DNA from: a virus
DNA: 58,211 nucleotides
IMG/VR virus record: IMGVR_UViG_3300029763_000003
Direction: 5' to 3' (one strand)
Part shown: piece after piece, positions 49,445 through 57,938 of the stretch
Position numbering within the stretch: the stretch's first letter is position 1
How the letters are laid out: every line of letters starts with the position of its first letter
Made by a program: the position numbers and the translations under genes
Notes under the pieces: generated by a model
What the model was told of the DNA's origin: nothing
What the model saw: the letters and a program-made list of their open reading frames with translations, nothing else
The model's database searches: none

Positions 49445-49882
49445 TTAGCCGCCGTTGACAGTCAAGGCCTCGCTGAACTCAGGCTTCTTGGTGAAGATGC
49501 AGTTGATGGTCATTTCAACAACCTCGTCCACACCGAAGCCGGACAGACCAACCTGATGCATACCCTGCCAAGTGAAGCCGGAGCCGTCCTGCATTTTCAG
49601 GGCGTAGTACTTTACGGCGTTGCTCTCGGAAGTCTCATCATAGCCAGCCTCCTTGACCTTCTTGTAGTCAGTCTTGTTGTAGTTGGCAGTAAAGGACTTG
49701 GTGTCGCTCTGGATAATGCCGAAGATGTTGACCTGCATGGGGTCGGACAGGGTAGTTGCATCCAGAAGGTTCGGCTCAGAGATCAGGTCGGGTACATCCT
49801 TGATGTCGCACAGCTTCGTCAGAGCGGTTGCGCTGTCGCCACAATACAGGGTGGTATTCAGACCGGAGATAGCAGTACTCAT
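49445..49882 (-). CDS. Major tail protein.
   Basis: 145 aa, strong AAGGAGG RBS, positioned before the chaperone pair. Confidence 0.6.
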   Translation of the reverse strand: MSTAISGLNTTLYCGDSATALTKLCDIKDVPDLISEPNLLDATTLSDPMQVNIFGIIQSDTKSFTANYNKTDYKKVKEAGYDETSESNAVKYYALKMQDGSGFTWQGMHQVGLSGFGVDEVVEMTINCIFTKKPEFSEALTVNGG

Positions 49883-49897
49883 AGAATGTTTACCTCC

Positions 49898-50299
49898 TTA
49901 GTTTCGGTAAATCATTCCGTCCTCTCCGATTGTTGCCCCGTAGCTGCAATCAATCCGATAGACGGAATTGTTGTACAGCCCATTCAACGGGGCAAACGAT
50001 TTGCGATAAAATTTAAGCGGTTCAAGAACAGAATCCACGATGTCAACAATGGAACGTGCTTCTGCAATGCGTCCCGTGTCTTTGTTAGAGTAGACCCGCA
50101 CACGCAGGGAAACGGCAGCATACTTGCTGTGACCAGCAGAATCAATGTGTACAGGAAGATTGCTGTTTTCCTCTATCTGCACACACGGAAACTTTTTGAC
50201 GTTGCTGTCATTGATTTCACCAGTAACGAAAATGCCGGGCACTTGCTTTCGCAGTTCCTTAGCAACAGCCGTGAAGATAGAATTGAAATAATCGATCAA
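49898..50299 (-). CDS. Tail completion/terminator-like protein (133 aa).
   Basis: Called from gene order only. Confidence 0.4.
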   Translation of the reverse strand: MIDYFNSIFTAVAKELRKQVPGIFVTGEINDSNVKKFPCVQIEENSNLPVHIDSAGHSKYAAVSLRVRVYSNKDTGRIAEARSIVDIVDSVLEPLKFYRKSFAPLNGLYNNSVYRIDCSYGATIGEDGMIYRN

Positions 50300-50817
50300 C
50301 TATTCCAAACCTCCCTCCACGTTGCTTCAACTTGAGAAGCCATTTCCTCAACAGCTCCCCACATAGCCATAGCTGCATCGTTGCCGCTGGTGTAATTCAA
50401 CTGGCCTTTACCATCCACCTGTTTGACAGGCGTGCCAGCATTGCCGGATTCTCCGTAGTAGTACCATCTGCGGTTTGCGCCTTGCCCTTTGCCGTAGGAG
50501 CCATGCGCACCAACACCGGGCGGCAGCTCACCGCCATATCCATTGTGATGTATGCCGGTGCCAAACTCGATAAAGGCAACTGCTTTGCCCTCTGCAATGA
50601 TGGTGCAGGTGCTTCCGTTCTGCTCAACACGGCAAGAGACATCGTTGTTACCGGCATATTCTGCATTGGCAAAGCGAACTTTCGCCACATCAAGCCCTTT
50701 GTCAGCCAACGCCTTTGCAAACTCCTGCGCCTTTTTATTCAGGGTGGCCTTGTACTCCTGTATCTGACGTTCCGCATCACGAAGTCCGGCATCGCTCAAC
50801 CTCACTTTAATTTTCAC
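50296..50817 (-). CDS. HK97 gp10-like head-tail joining protein.
   Basis: AFIEFGTG motif and gene order. Confidence 0.5.
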   Translation of the reverse strand: MKIKVRLSDAGLRDAERQIQEYKATLNKKAQEFAKALADKGLDVAKVRFANAEYAGNNDVSCRVEQNGSTCTIIAEGKAVAFIEFGTGIHHNGYGGELPPGVGAHGSYGKGQGANRRWYYYGESGNAGTPVKQVDGKGQLNYTSGNDAAMAMWGAVEEMASQVEATWREVWNS

Positions 50818-51184
50818 TTGCAGCCACCTCTTTCAGTGCATACTTCGTGTCTGTAATATGCTCTGCGACTTTGACCACAATGTAATTGAAGGGCTTTGAA
50901 ACATCCGCTTGAAACCAGACGCGCGTACCTTCATAAAGCGGTGCGTTGTGCTTTTTGCTGGACGAACTGACAACGTAGCTGTAATCCGTGAACGCTCCAA
51001 AAGGGTTTGCTTCCGCAGAACCAGTAGGAGGGCTGACATTCAGCATCAACTTTGCGGGGGTACTCCACGATTCGTATGCGGATTCGCCAGTCTCGTTTCC
51101 CCACTCGTCCACGACAGGAGATTTCTCTCCGATGGGGTTTGAATACCAAAGCGGGCGCTTGTCCAGTGGGCTTCCGTTAAACAT
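50807..51184 (-). CDS. Head closure/adaptor-like protein (125 aa).
   Basis: Called from gene order. TGATG overlap with the upstream stop. Confidence 0.4.
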   Translation of the reverse strand: MFNGSPLDKRPLWYSNPIGEKSPVVDEWGNETGESAYESWSTPAKLMLNVSPPTGSAEANPFGAFTDYSYVVSSSSKKHNAPLYEGTRVWFQADVSKPFNYIVVKVAEHITDTKYALKEVAASEN

Positions 51185-51528
51185 CAGCCGATAACACCTA
51201 CTCTCGGAACCACTTCGTTAAGCAGGGACTGTGCCACGTCGGAGCTTTCCCACACACGAGTAATGCCATTGTTGGTGTAACTTGTCTGTCCGTTTGCACC
51301 GATGTGGTTGTACAGTTCCGCTGCAATGCGTATCTGCAACGACTGATACTGTGAGGGCAAATCATCCGGTCTGTTGCCGAAAGGGTAGCCCTGTGCAAAT
51401 ATCTTGTCTTTGGCGAAATCAAGCAGCAGGTCGAAGAGCGGGTAGTCCTCGTCCGTGATTTCACGGTCAAGTGCAGGAGCGATGTACTGCCCCAGCTTGA
51501 CTGCCGCTTCGGAATACTGGTCTCCCAT
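51184..51528 (-). CDS. Head-tail connector (gp6-like) protein.
   Basis: 114 aa, directly after the capsid gene. Pattern ...QIRIAAELYNH... Confidence 0.5.
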   Translation of the reverse strand: MGDQYSEAAVKLGQYIAPALDREITDEDYPLFDLLLDFAKDKIFAQGYPFGNRPDDLPSQYQSLQIRIAAELYNHIGANGQTSYTNNGITRVWESSDVAQSLLNEVVPRVGVIG

Positions 51529-51548
51529 GCTGCTTTCCTCCTTTCGCC

Positions 51549-52625
51549 TTAGTAAGCCTTGATGCAGTACACAGCGTCCATGCGCTCAAAGGACGGCAGG
51601 ACGATTTCAGAAGCATAGACGTTGGCGTTGACCGGGTGAATAGTCAGTTCAGTGGTGATGGCAACGCCGGTGTTCACGATGGACACGGATGCACCGGACT
51701 GACCAGACAGCAGGTCGGCTTCCTCAGGAGTAGTGCCGTACCAAGTGCTACCCAGAGCGCCGGAAGGAGCAACCACCACCATGCCGTCAGGCAGGTACTT
51801 TTCGCTTGCACTGTACTGGTCTGCCTTGAACATCTTGTCGTACAGATGGATGGTCAGACCGGTTGCAGATTCGATAATCTGCCGTGCTTCGGCATCCAAC
51901 AGAACGGCGTTCGCCTTTGCGGTTACGGTCATAAACCGATTCTTCACCTCGTCCGCAGCAATCATGTTGCGGAAGGTGGCGGTGTTCATGTACACTTCGG
52001 TCACGACCTCACCAACGCTTGCCAGAACAGCATCCTTTGCAGCGTTCAGGTCAGCAATGGGGGTGGCGGTGGCGACGTTCCACTTGGACTTTGCGACAGA
52101 GACTTCCTTGTAGTTGGTGGACTTCCAAGTGCCGTCCGGGTCGTAGTTGTAGGTGTAGTTCACGCCGTTTGCCTTGATGGTGATGCCCGGAACGCCATTG
52201 GCGGGAGCCAGCAGCTGCCAGATCATGCGCTCAGGAACGATACGAGCGCCAGTGATAAGCTGTGCGGTGTCATCGTACAGACGGTTCATCACATCACGGG
52301 CATAGGGGTCGTTGCTGTCCAGAACACGCAGGATTTCCTGACGGTCTTTCTCGCCCAGATGGTAGCCCTCGCGGAAGAACGGCATCTCGGTCTCATCGAA
52401 CTTGAAGCCCTCACGGGTGCGGAACGTAGCCTTTGCGTCAAATGCGCTGGGCATCAGGGAAACGCCAACGCCCTTGTGACCACGCAGCCACTTCAGGTCG
52501 AGACCGGCCTTCTTCTTGGCGGGAAACAGTGCATCAGATGCAAAGGGCATCGCGTTGGTAGGGTCATTCGTCCAATAGGCGGCAATCGCAGCCGGGGCAA
52601 AGACTTCCTTAAGATTCAGTGCCAT
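51549..52625 (-). CDS. Major capsid protein (lambda gpE-like family).
   Basis: 358 aa with an AGGAGGT RBS. The N-terminus ...LFPAKKKAGLDLKWLRGHKGVGVSLMPSAFDAKATFRTREGF resembles Phage_cap_E (from memory). It is preceded by scaffold and decoration-like genes. Confidence 0.7.
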   Translation of the reverse strand: MALNLKEVFAPAAIAAYWTNDPTNAMPFASDALFPAKKKAGLDLKWLRGHKGVGVSLMPSAFDAKATFRTREGFKFDETEMPFFREGYHLGEKDRQEILRVLDSNDPYARDVMNRLYDDTAQLITGARIVPERMIWQLLAPANGVPGITIKANGVNYTYNYDPDGTWKSTNYKEVSVAKSKWNVATATPIADLNAAKDAVLASVGEVVTEVYMNTATFRNMIAADEVKNRFMTVTAKANAVLLDAEARQIIESATGLTIHLYDKMFKADQYSASEKYLPDGMVVVAPSGALGSTWYGTTPEEADLLSGQSGASVSIVNTGVAITTELTIHPVNANVYASEIVLPSFERMDAVYCIKAY

Positions 52626-52641
52626 GTTGTTTTACCTCCTA

Positions 52642-53010
52642 TTAAGCGTTCACGCTGATGTTGTCACGGCAGAAGATGCCAGGAATGGCAGTCTTGAGCG
52701 CAGTAACCGCATCAGAATCATAGGTGAAGCCAGAGCTTGCGGCAGCCTTTTTGGTGTCGATAACGCCACGAATCAGCAGGGAAGCGTTGGGGTTCTCTGC
52801 CGGGTCAACGTCATACAGCAGGATGCCGTCAGCGTTGATGGTCTTAGAACCAGTCTCTCCAGCAGCAACAGCTTTCTTGCCAGCCAGCGTCATGGGATAG
52901 CCAGCCTTAACCGCAGCAGTTTCGGTCACGGTAAAGGGAATGGCGGTGTAGTCATTGGAAGCAAGGATGGTATCGTTGATTCCGTTGACCGTGTTTCGGG
53001 TAAACTTCAT
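52642..53010 (-). CDS. Head decoration-like protein (122 aa).
   Basis: ATG at 53010 follows AAGGAGGAAAA. Position between the scaffold and capsid genes, as with lambda gpD. Confidence 0.4.
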   Translation of the reverse strand: MKFTRNTVNGINDTILASNDYTAIPFTVTETAAVKAGYPMTLAGKKAVAAGETGSKTINADGILLYDVDPAENPNASLLIRGVIDTKKAAASSGFTYDSDAVTALKTAIPGIFCRDNISVNA

Positions 53011-53023
53011 GTTTTCCTCCTTG

Positions 53024-53605
53024 TTAATGGAAAGCACTCATTGCGTCACTCGATGCCTTAGAAGTATTTGCGTTCTGCTGCGCAAGGCTCTTAGCAAACG
53101 CCACACCTTCGCTGTCAGAACCGCCCTTGCCATCCGCACCCGGAGGTGTGGGCATATCCTTCAGCAGAGAAGCCTTGTATGCGGTGTCATGGGCGGTCAT
53201 AAACTCCGACTGGAACTTAAACACATTGTCCATGTCACCGTCAGCCAGTGCAGATGCAGCCTTGTTGGCAAGTTCAGCGTCATAACCCTGTGCAACAAAC
53301 TTCTCACGGTAAGATGCAAGGGTCTTTTCCTTGACAAGATTCTCCTTGTCGGCAGTCAGGGCTTCAATCTGCTTCTGCATCTCTGCCAGCTTGTCAGCCT
53401 GTTCCTGTGCGGCATTCTCGTCATCGGTACGCTTTGCCTTGAGCTGCTTCTTGTACTCAGCAGCTTCGCCATTGGCTTTCGTCACGGCGTTGCGCAGCTT
53501 CTCGACCTCTGCGCTAGGGTCTGCAACCTTTTCAAGCGCAGAAATGATTTCATCGGCGGTCATGCCCTCTTTGTAGGCATCACCAAGCAACACATTGAGT
53601 TTCAT
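53024..53605 (-). CDS. Scaffolding protein.
   Basis: ATG at 53605 follows GGAGGA. Alpha-helical A/E/K-rich protein between the portal and capsid genes. Confidence 0.65.
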   Translation of the reverse strand: MKLNVLLGDAYKEGMTADEIISALEKVADPSAEVEKLRNAVTKANGEAAEYKKQLKAKRTDDENAAQEQADKLAEMQKQIEALTADKENLVKEKTLASYREKFVAQGYDAELANKAASALADGDMDNVFKFQSEFMTAHDTAYKASLLKDMPTPPGADGKGGSDSEGVAFAKSLAQQNANTSKASSDAMSAFH

Positions 53606-53699
53606 ATCGTTAATTTCCTCCTGCGTTTTTTTACCGTTGCTTCCCTGCAACGCTGCGAAATTTATATCCCGGCTTCCCTGCCGTGTTTATGGCAAAGGA

Positions 53700-55214
53700 C
53701 TATTCGCCCTCTGTTTCTTTGTTGGTATCAGTAGACTGTTTGTCTGCCACGTTTCCGGCATTTGTGTTGGTAGCATCCTGTTTAGGCTGTTCCTGCGGCT
53801 TCGGCGCTTTCCCGTCCTCGCCCAGCTTGCCAGCGGCAATCAGGAAGGGCTTACTCATCTCATAAGCAGCCTGCGGGTCGGGGAACAGACCAGGCGTAGT
53901 AAACGCCAACTGCGGGTCAATGGTCTGCTGCAACATCTGCGCAAAAATCTGAACTTTGCTCTGCTGGTTATCGTACTGACGGCGTGGCAGTTTGATGTTG
54001 ATGTCACTTGCCATCAGCTTAGAACCAGCCGCGTCACGCAGGATTTTGAGCATCACAGACAAGCTCTGACGTTCAGCGTACTTGAACATATTCTCGTACT
54101 GCTGTGCCCTTGCTTCGGTGTGATTCCAGCCGTTGCGGACGATAACTGCACCCACGTTGTCGGATGTTGCGCTCTCGCTGCCAGTAGCACTGGGCATTGC
54201 AGTCAGACTGCGGTACACGTTCAGCATGGAATCAAGCAAGGTCTGGCTCTGCTGCTGGTCAAGCTCATTTGCAATCTGAGAAACAGAAGCGGGCAGACCA
54301 GAAGTGGATTTCAGGCACATTGCGCCAAGTTCTTTGACTTGGTCGAGAGCATCCTTGTCCACAAGGCAGTTGGTAAACACCATGATGGACTGGATGAACT
54401 GTGCCAGACCGTCCAAACGGTTGCTTTCAAGGTCGTTGATAGCATCCAGCACAGGAATAGCCGGTTCAAACAGACCCATCCGCTCCGGGTTCAGCTTGTA
54501 TTCGACCATCGGCAACATTCCGAGAGAGTGGTTCTCTGTTTTCGTAACCTTGCCGTTGTCGATTTCAAAGTACTGGTTCGGCGTATACACGCAAATCAGG
54601 TCGTTAAGGTCGTTCTGATAATTGCGTGGAATGTGCAGCACGTTGGCGATGGGCTTGTGCCCGATGCCGGAGTTGTAAATCACATATGCCATATCCGGGT
54701 CTGGAACATCCACCAGCAGGGGTGTTTCGTCCGGGTAGTTGCCGTTGTACCCCTTGTCAGGAAGAACAATGCGGTATCCCTGTCCGCACTCCAACATCCA
54801 CTGCCAGAGCCGCCGATCAAGAGAATCCTTGCCCTCATACTGCAAAGCATTGGACAGGCGGGCGATTTCCTCACCGTCACCAGTTGCCGTTTCAGACCGC
54901 ACATAAGAACAAGGAGTGCCGCTCATGTAGCCTGTGTAGAAGCCCACGCACTCGTTGGCGTGGTTCTCTACAATGCGGTTGGTGATTTCAGCGTGGTACT
55001 CCTTCGTGCGGTGGAGGACAGGCTGGCTACCCAAGTAGTAGTTGTGCAGAAAGCGAATCTCATTCTTGTTCAGCAGATGAATAGGCTCTGCCTTACCCAT
55101 GACCACTTTCAGCACGTTTGACCGATTGATTTCCGTTTCCGGCGTTTCAATCGGTCTGCGGCCGGTCAGCGGCTCATTCAAAAAGCCGCCAACGACCATC
55201 TGATACTCAGCCAT
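53700..55214 (-). CDS. Portal protein (SPP1 gp6-like).
   Basis: ATG at 55214 follows AAAGGAGGAA. 505 aa, first large gene after terL. Motif FLHNYYLGSQPVLHRTK. Confidence 0.8.
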   Translation of the reverse strand: MAEYQMVVGGFLNEPLTGRRPIETPETEINRSNVLKVVMGKAEPIHLLNKNEIRFLHNYYLGSQPVLHRTKEYHAEITNRIVENHANECVGFYTGYMSGTPCSYVRSETATGDGEEIARLSNALQYEGKDSLDRRLWQWMLECGQGYRIVLPDKGYNGNYPDETPLLVDVPDPDMAYVIYNSGIGHKPIANVLHIPRNYQNDLNDLICVYTPNQYFEIDNGKVTKTENHSLGMLPMVEYKLNPERMGLFEPAIPVLDAINDLESNRLDGLAQFIQSIMVFTNCLVDKDALDQVKELGAMCLKSTSGLPASVSQIANELDQQQSQTLLDSMLNVYRSLTAMPSATGSESATSDNVGAVIVRNGWNHTEARAQQYENMFKYAERQSLSVMLKILRDAAGSKLMASDINIKLPRRQYDNQQSKVQIFAQMLQQTIDPQLAFTTPGLFPDPQAAYEMSKPFLIAAGKLGEDGKAPKPQEQPKQDATNTNAGNVADKQSTDTNKETEGE

Positions 55215-55306
55215 GCGTTCCTCCTTTCCGGCAAAATAAAAAGCGCAGCAAGACAAACCCGTTAAGGCCTATCTCACTGCGCTTACAACTGCGCTTCAAA
55301 AGCTAT

Positions 55307-55495
55307 TCAGTTTTTAAACTTTGGTACGGAGATCCATGTATCTTTTGGAAGGTTGGAATCTCCAATTGTAATCCAATGGCAAAGAGGGCACAGAAGGGAG
55401 AACCTACCTTCCACTTCGCCAAGATAACGTCCGCAATCGCACGGATTGCCGTTTGCGTCCTTGTGAGGATGCCTACACCTAACTTTTGCTTTCAT
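55307..55495 (-). CDS. Small zinc-ribbon protein (62 aa).
   Basis: RBS AAAGGAG. CRHPH..CDCG...CPLCH. Confidence 0.5.
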   Translation of the reverse strand: MKAKVRCRHPHKDANGNPCDCGRYLGEVEGRFSLLCPLCHWITIGDSNLPKDTWISVPKFKN

Positions 55496-55663
55496 CTGTG
55501 CTCCTTTCGTTGGATTTCTGGAAACAGGCTGTTGAGCACAGACCTGTCAGAAGCTACTGGGAAACTGTTCGCACTTCCAGCCGTGCTATTCTTCGCCCGA
55601 AGAAAACCATTGCAGCCTTTACATTCAGTTGTCGGACAGACGTAAACGGGTCAGCTGCAATTT

Positions 55664-55740
55664 TGGGTGCGGGGGCTGGATTTGAACCAGCGTCCTCCAG
55701 CTTATGAGGCTGGCGAGCTACCGTGCTGCTCTACTCCGCC
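55664..55740 (-). tRNA. tRNA-Met (anticodon CAU), initiator-like. CCA is encoded.
   Basis: Hand-folded: GGCGGAG-TA-GAGC-AGCACGGTA-GCTC-G-CCAGC-CTCATAA-GCTGG-AGGAC-GCTGG-TTCAAAT-CCAGC-CCCCGCA-C-CCA. There are two acceptor-stem mismatches (1:72 and 6:67). Confidence 0.75.
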
Positions 55741-55865
55741 ATAAACCCGGCTTGATTGGTTAACCGCTGCTCTTTGCAATGTCATGCCTAACCATTGCAT
55801 CGAGAGCCGGGAATAGCGGTGGAGGTTTTGGAGAATAAGTCCATGCAAAGCTAGGTGGTTGGTTG

Positions 55866-55946
55866 TGCTGCGTAACGGAATCGAACCGTTGCTTGCCAGC
55901 CATGGGGGAGACAGGCTGGCATTCCCCTTACAATTGGAAACGCAAC
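55866..55946 (-). tRNA. tRNA-like element with a canonical acceptor stem and T-arm but an aberrant anticodon arm (7-bp stem, 12-nt loop).
   Basis: GTTGCGT..TCC-AATTGTAAGG-GGA..GCCAGCC-TGTCTCCCCCAT-GGCTGGC-AAGC-AACGG-TTCGATT-CCGTT-ACGCAGC-A. I could not assign an anticodon. Confidence 0.35.
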
Positions 55947-56091
55947 ATATAAAGTCCGGTGAAGGTGAAAGAGTGAGAAAACCTCCACCGGTGAAAGGAG
56001 GAATATGCTTGTTGACACGCACGCGAGTAAAATGACAAAACCCCGCGTGCAAGCTATTCCTTTAAGGGAAGCTGCAAAACTTCCTGCGTAC

Positions 56092-56121
56092 ATTATAAGC
56101 CTTGTCAAGTGATGAAATCAA
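56092..56121 (-). promoter_or_regulatory. Candidate promoter TTGATT-18-TATAAT upstream of the tRNA cluster.
   Basis: -35 is aatcaa at 56116-56121 and -10 is attata at 56092-56097 (plus-strand text). Confidence 0.4.
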
Positions 56122-56160
56122 ATAAATAGACCAAGCGAACACAATATATTGTGTTTTTAA

Positions 56161-57828
56161 TCAAAATGGCCTCTTGACAGGCTCAATTTTACTGATCCCG
56201 TTATACAATTCATCAGCAAGCTGTGCCAGACTGTCCGGTGCATCATCGTGCGGAACTTTGCCAAGCTGTGTGAACATTGTCACCTGTTCCATGAACGCCT
56301 TGTACTCTTTCGACTGGTGTTTCTCGTCAAGGAAATAGAATCGTTTGATGTCCGGCGCATACTGGATGATTCTGGACAGCTTGCTCTGCCCACTGGGCGC
56401 ACGTTGGCTGCGGACAGAGCAGTGATAGCCTTGCTGCCGAAGCTGGCTGTCTACCACATCACAATATTCGTCACCGCCGTTGTTGGCTTCGCCCCGCACC
56501 ACATTGATTTTGTGCTGGATGATTTTGCCCACTACTTCCGGTCTGGTCACGGTCTTATCGCCGTTATTGAACACAAGGTCTGGGATGAACACAGCATCCC
56601 CGTACACATAAGCGATAGGACAGGCGGTAAAGTCGCCGCCGCCCCATGCAATATCCATGACCATGAGTTTGCGATCAGGTTCTCCGTCAGGCAGAACGCC
56701 GTTGAAATACCGCAGTTCATCGGCAGGAAAGAGCAGACCTTCACGCACATAGGGCTTGCCCATGTACTTTGCCCACCATGTTGCATCATCAATGCTGGAT
56801 TTCATGTCAGCATAGTAGGCATCGTCAAATCCCACACCGTAGTCATAATTGAAATTGCTGTGTCCGTTCTCATCCACAGCGGGAATCACCCGAAATCTGT
56901 ACTTAGGGTTGTCTGAGTACTGGTTCTGGATGCGTCCCAGAGGGTCAAGCACGTTCCAGCGTGTACCGACCATCAGTTCCAATGCGCCTTGCTTTTTACG
57001 GTCTTTCAGCTGGTTCAAATAGGCATCGTACTTGTTGTTCAGACGCTCGACGTTCAGACTTTCCTCCAAGTCCTCAATCAGGTCATCACTGTACAGAACG
57101 CCGCCCTCACCAATTTCAACAGCACCAGTCAGCGTACCACCGATAGAGCGGCAAGTCAGGGTCGGGAAACGCTTCTTTCGGTTCAGGTCAACGCTTTCGT
57201 CCTTTGCGCTCTTGTCCACAAGCTGAACGTCAGGGAAGATTTTGCCCCAGTTGTAGGTCACAGGGTCAGTGATGATGGATAGCACCTCGCCGTAGAAGCC
57301 GTTGGTCAGCTTGTCAGAGTGTCCGCTCATGACCGATGCAACGTCAGGGCGGTTTCCCATCAGCCATGTGATGAAAAAGATGCACAGCGTGGACTTGCCG
57401 ACGCGAGCAGGTAGACTAACTCCCAAGAAGTCAATCCGCTTATAAAACAAGTCCTCAAGGTCATCTGCAAGCACTTTCAGAACCTTGCGTCTCGGCTGGT
57501 AGAACTTCTTCTCCGGCGCACGGTTCCATTCAAGGTAGATGCAATAGCTGTCGAACACATCTTTTGCTTCAAACAGGTACGTCCGACCGATAATGTCATA
57601 GACCTTCGCCACGTCCTCGCCTGTTTTCATCTTACCCATCATGGCTGCGCAGACGGAGCGCAGCTCACCAGAGTATTTGTAGGCATCGAACCGCTTGTCT
57701 TGCGGCAGGGCATCTCTCAGGTTTACCACCGCCTGAAACCAGTCCTCGTAGACCTGTGCTTCGGTTGGATTCTGCTTTGCATACGCTTTGATGCTGTCAA
57801 TGATGGCGATACACTGCTTTGACTGCAT
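56161..57828 (-). CDS. terL: Terminase large subunit.
   Basis: ATG at 57828. Walker-A-like LGVSLPARVGKSTL; nuclease-domain motifs ...MDIAWGGGDFTA.. About 555 aa, followed by the portal gene. Confidence 0.85.
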   Translation of the reverse strand: MQSKQCIAIIDSIKAYAKQNPTEAQVYEDWFQAVVNLRDALPQDKRFDAYKYSGELRSVCAAMMGKMKTGEDVAKVYDIIGRTYLFEAKDVFDSYCIYLEWNRAPEKKFYQPRRKVLKVLADDLEDLFYKRIDFLGVSLPARVGKSTLCIFFITWLMGNRPDVASVMSGHSDKLTNGFYGEVLSIITDPVTYNWGKIFPDVQLVDKSAKDESVDLNRKKRFPTLTCRSIGGTLTGAVEIGEGGVLYSDDLIEDLEESLNVERLNNKYDAYLNQLKDRKKQGALELMVGTRWNVLDPLGRIQNQYSDNPKYRFRVIPAVDENGHSNFNYDYGVGFDDAYYADMKSSIDDATWWAKYMGKPYVREGLLFPADELRYFNGVLPDGEPDRKLMVMDIAWGGGDFTACPIAYVYGDAVFIPDLVFNNGDKTVTRPEVVGKIIQHKINVVRGEANNGGDEYCDVVDSQLRQQGYHCSVRSQRAPSGQSKLSRIIQYAPDIKRFYFLDEKHQSKEYKAFMEQVTMFTQLGKVPHDDAPDSLAQLADELYNGISKIEPVKRPF

Positions 57829-57938
57829 AAAAAAATGGGCACCCCCTACCTGAAAATGTAAAGAGTGCCTACAACTGCACAAAAATCAAATATTCGGTTT
57901 TATAATGCGATTTTAGAAAATTTCTTTCTCAAAATAAA

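Noticed and set aside
55741-55857. Possible third tRNA between the two tRNA-type genes.
   Set aside because: It has an acceptor-like 7-bp stem, but no T-arm (no GTTCRANYC) and no cloverleaf can be drawn. I kept it only as a structured spacer, mentioned under the tRNA-like finding.
55851-56108. 85-aa and 116-aa ORFs (55851-56108, 55702-56052) in the terL-portal gap.
   Set aside because: They overlap the tRNA and tRNA-like genes and hairpins and have no RBS.
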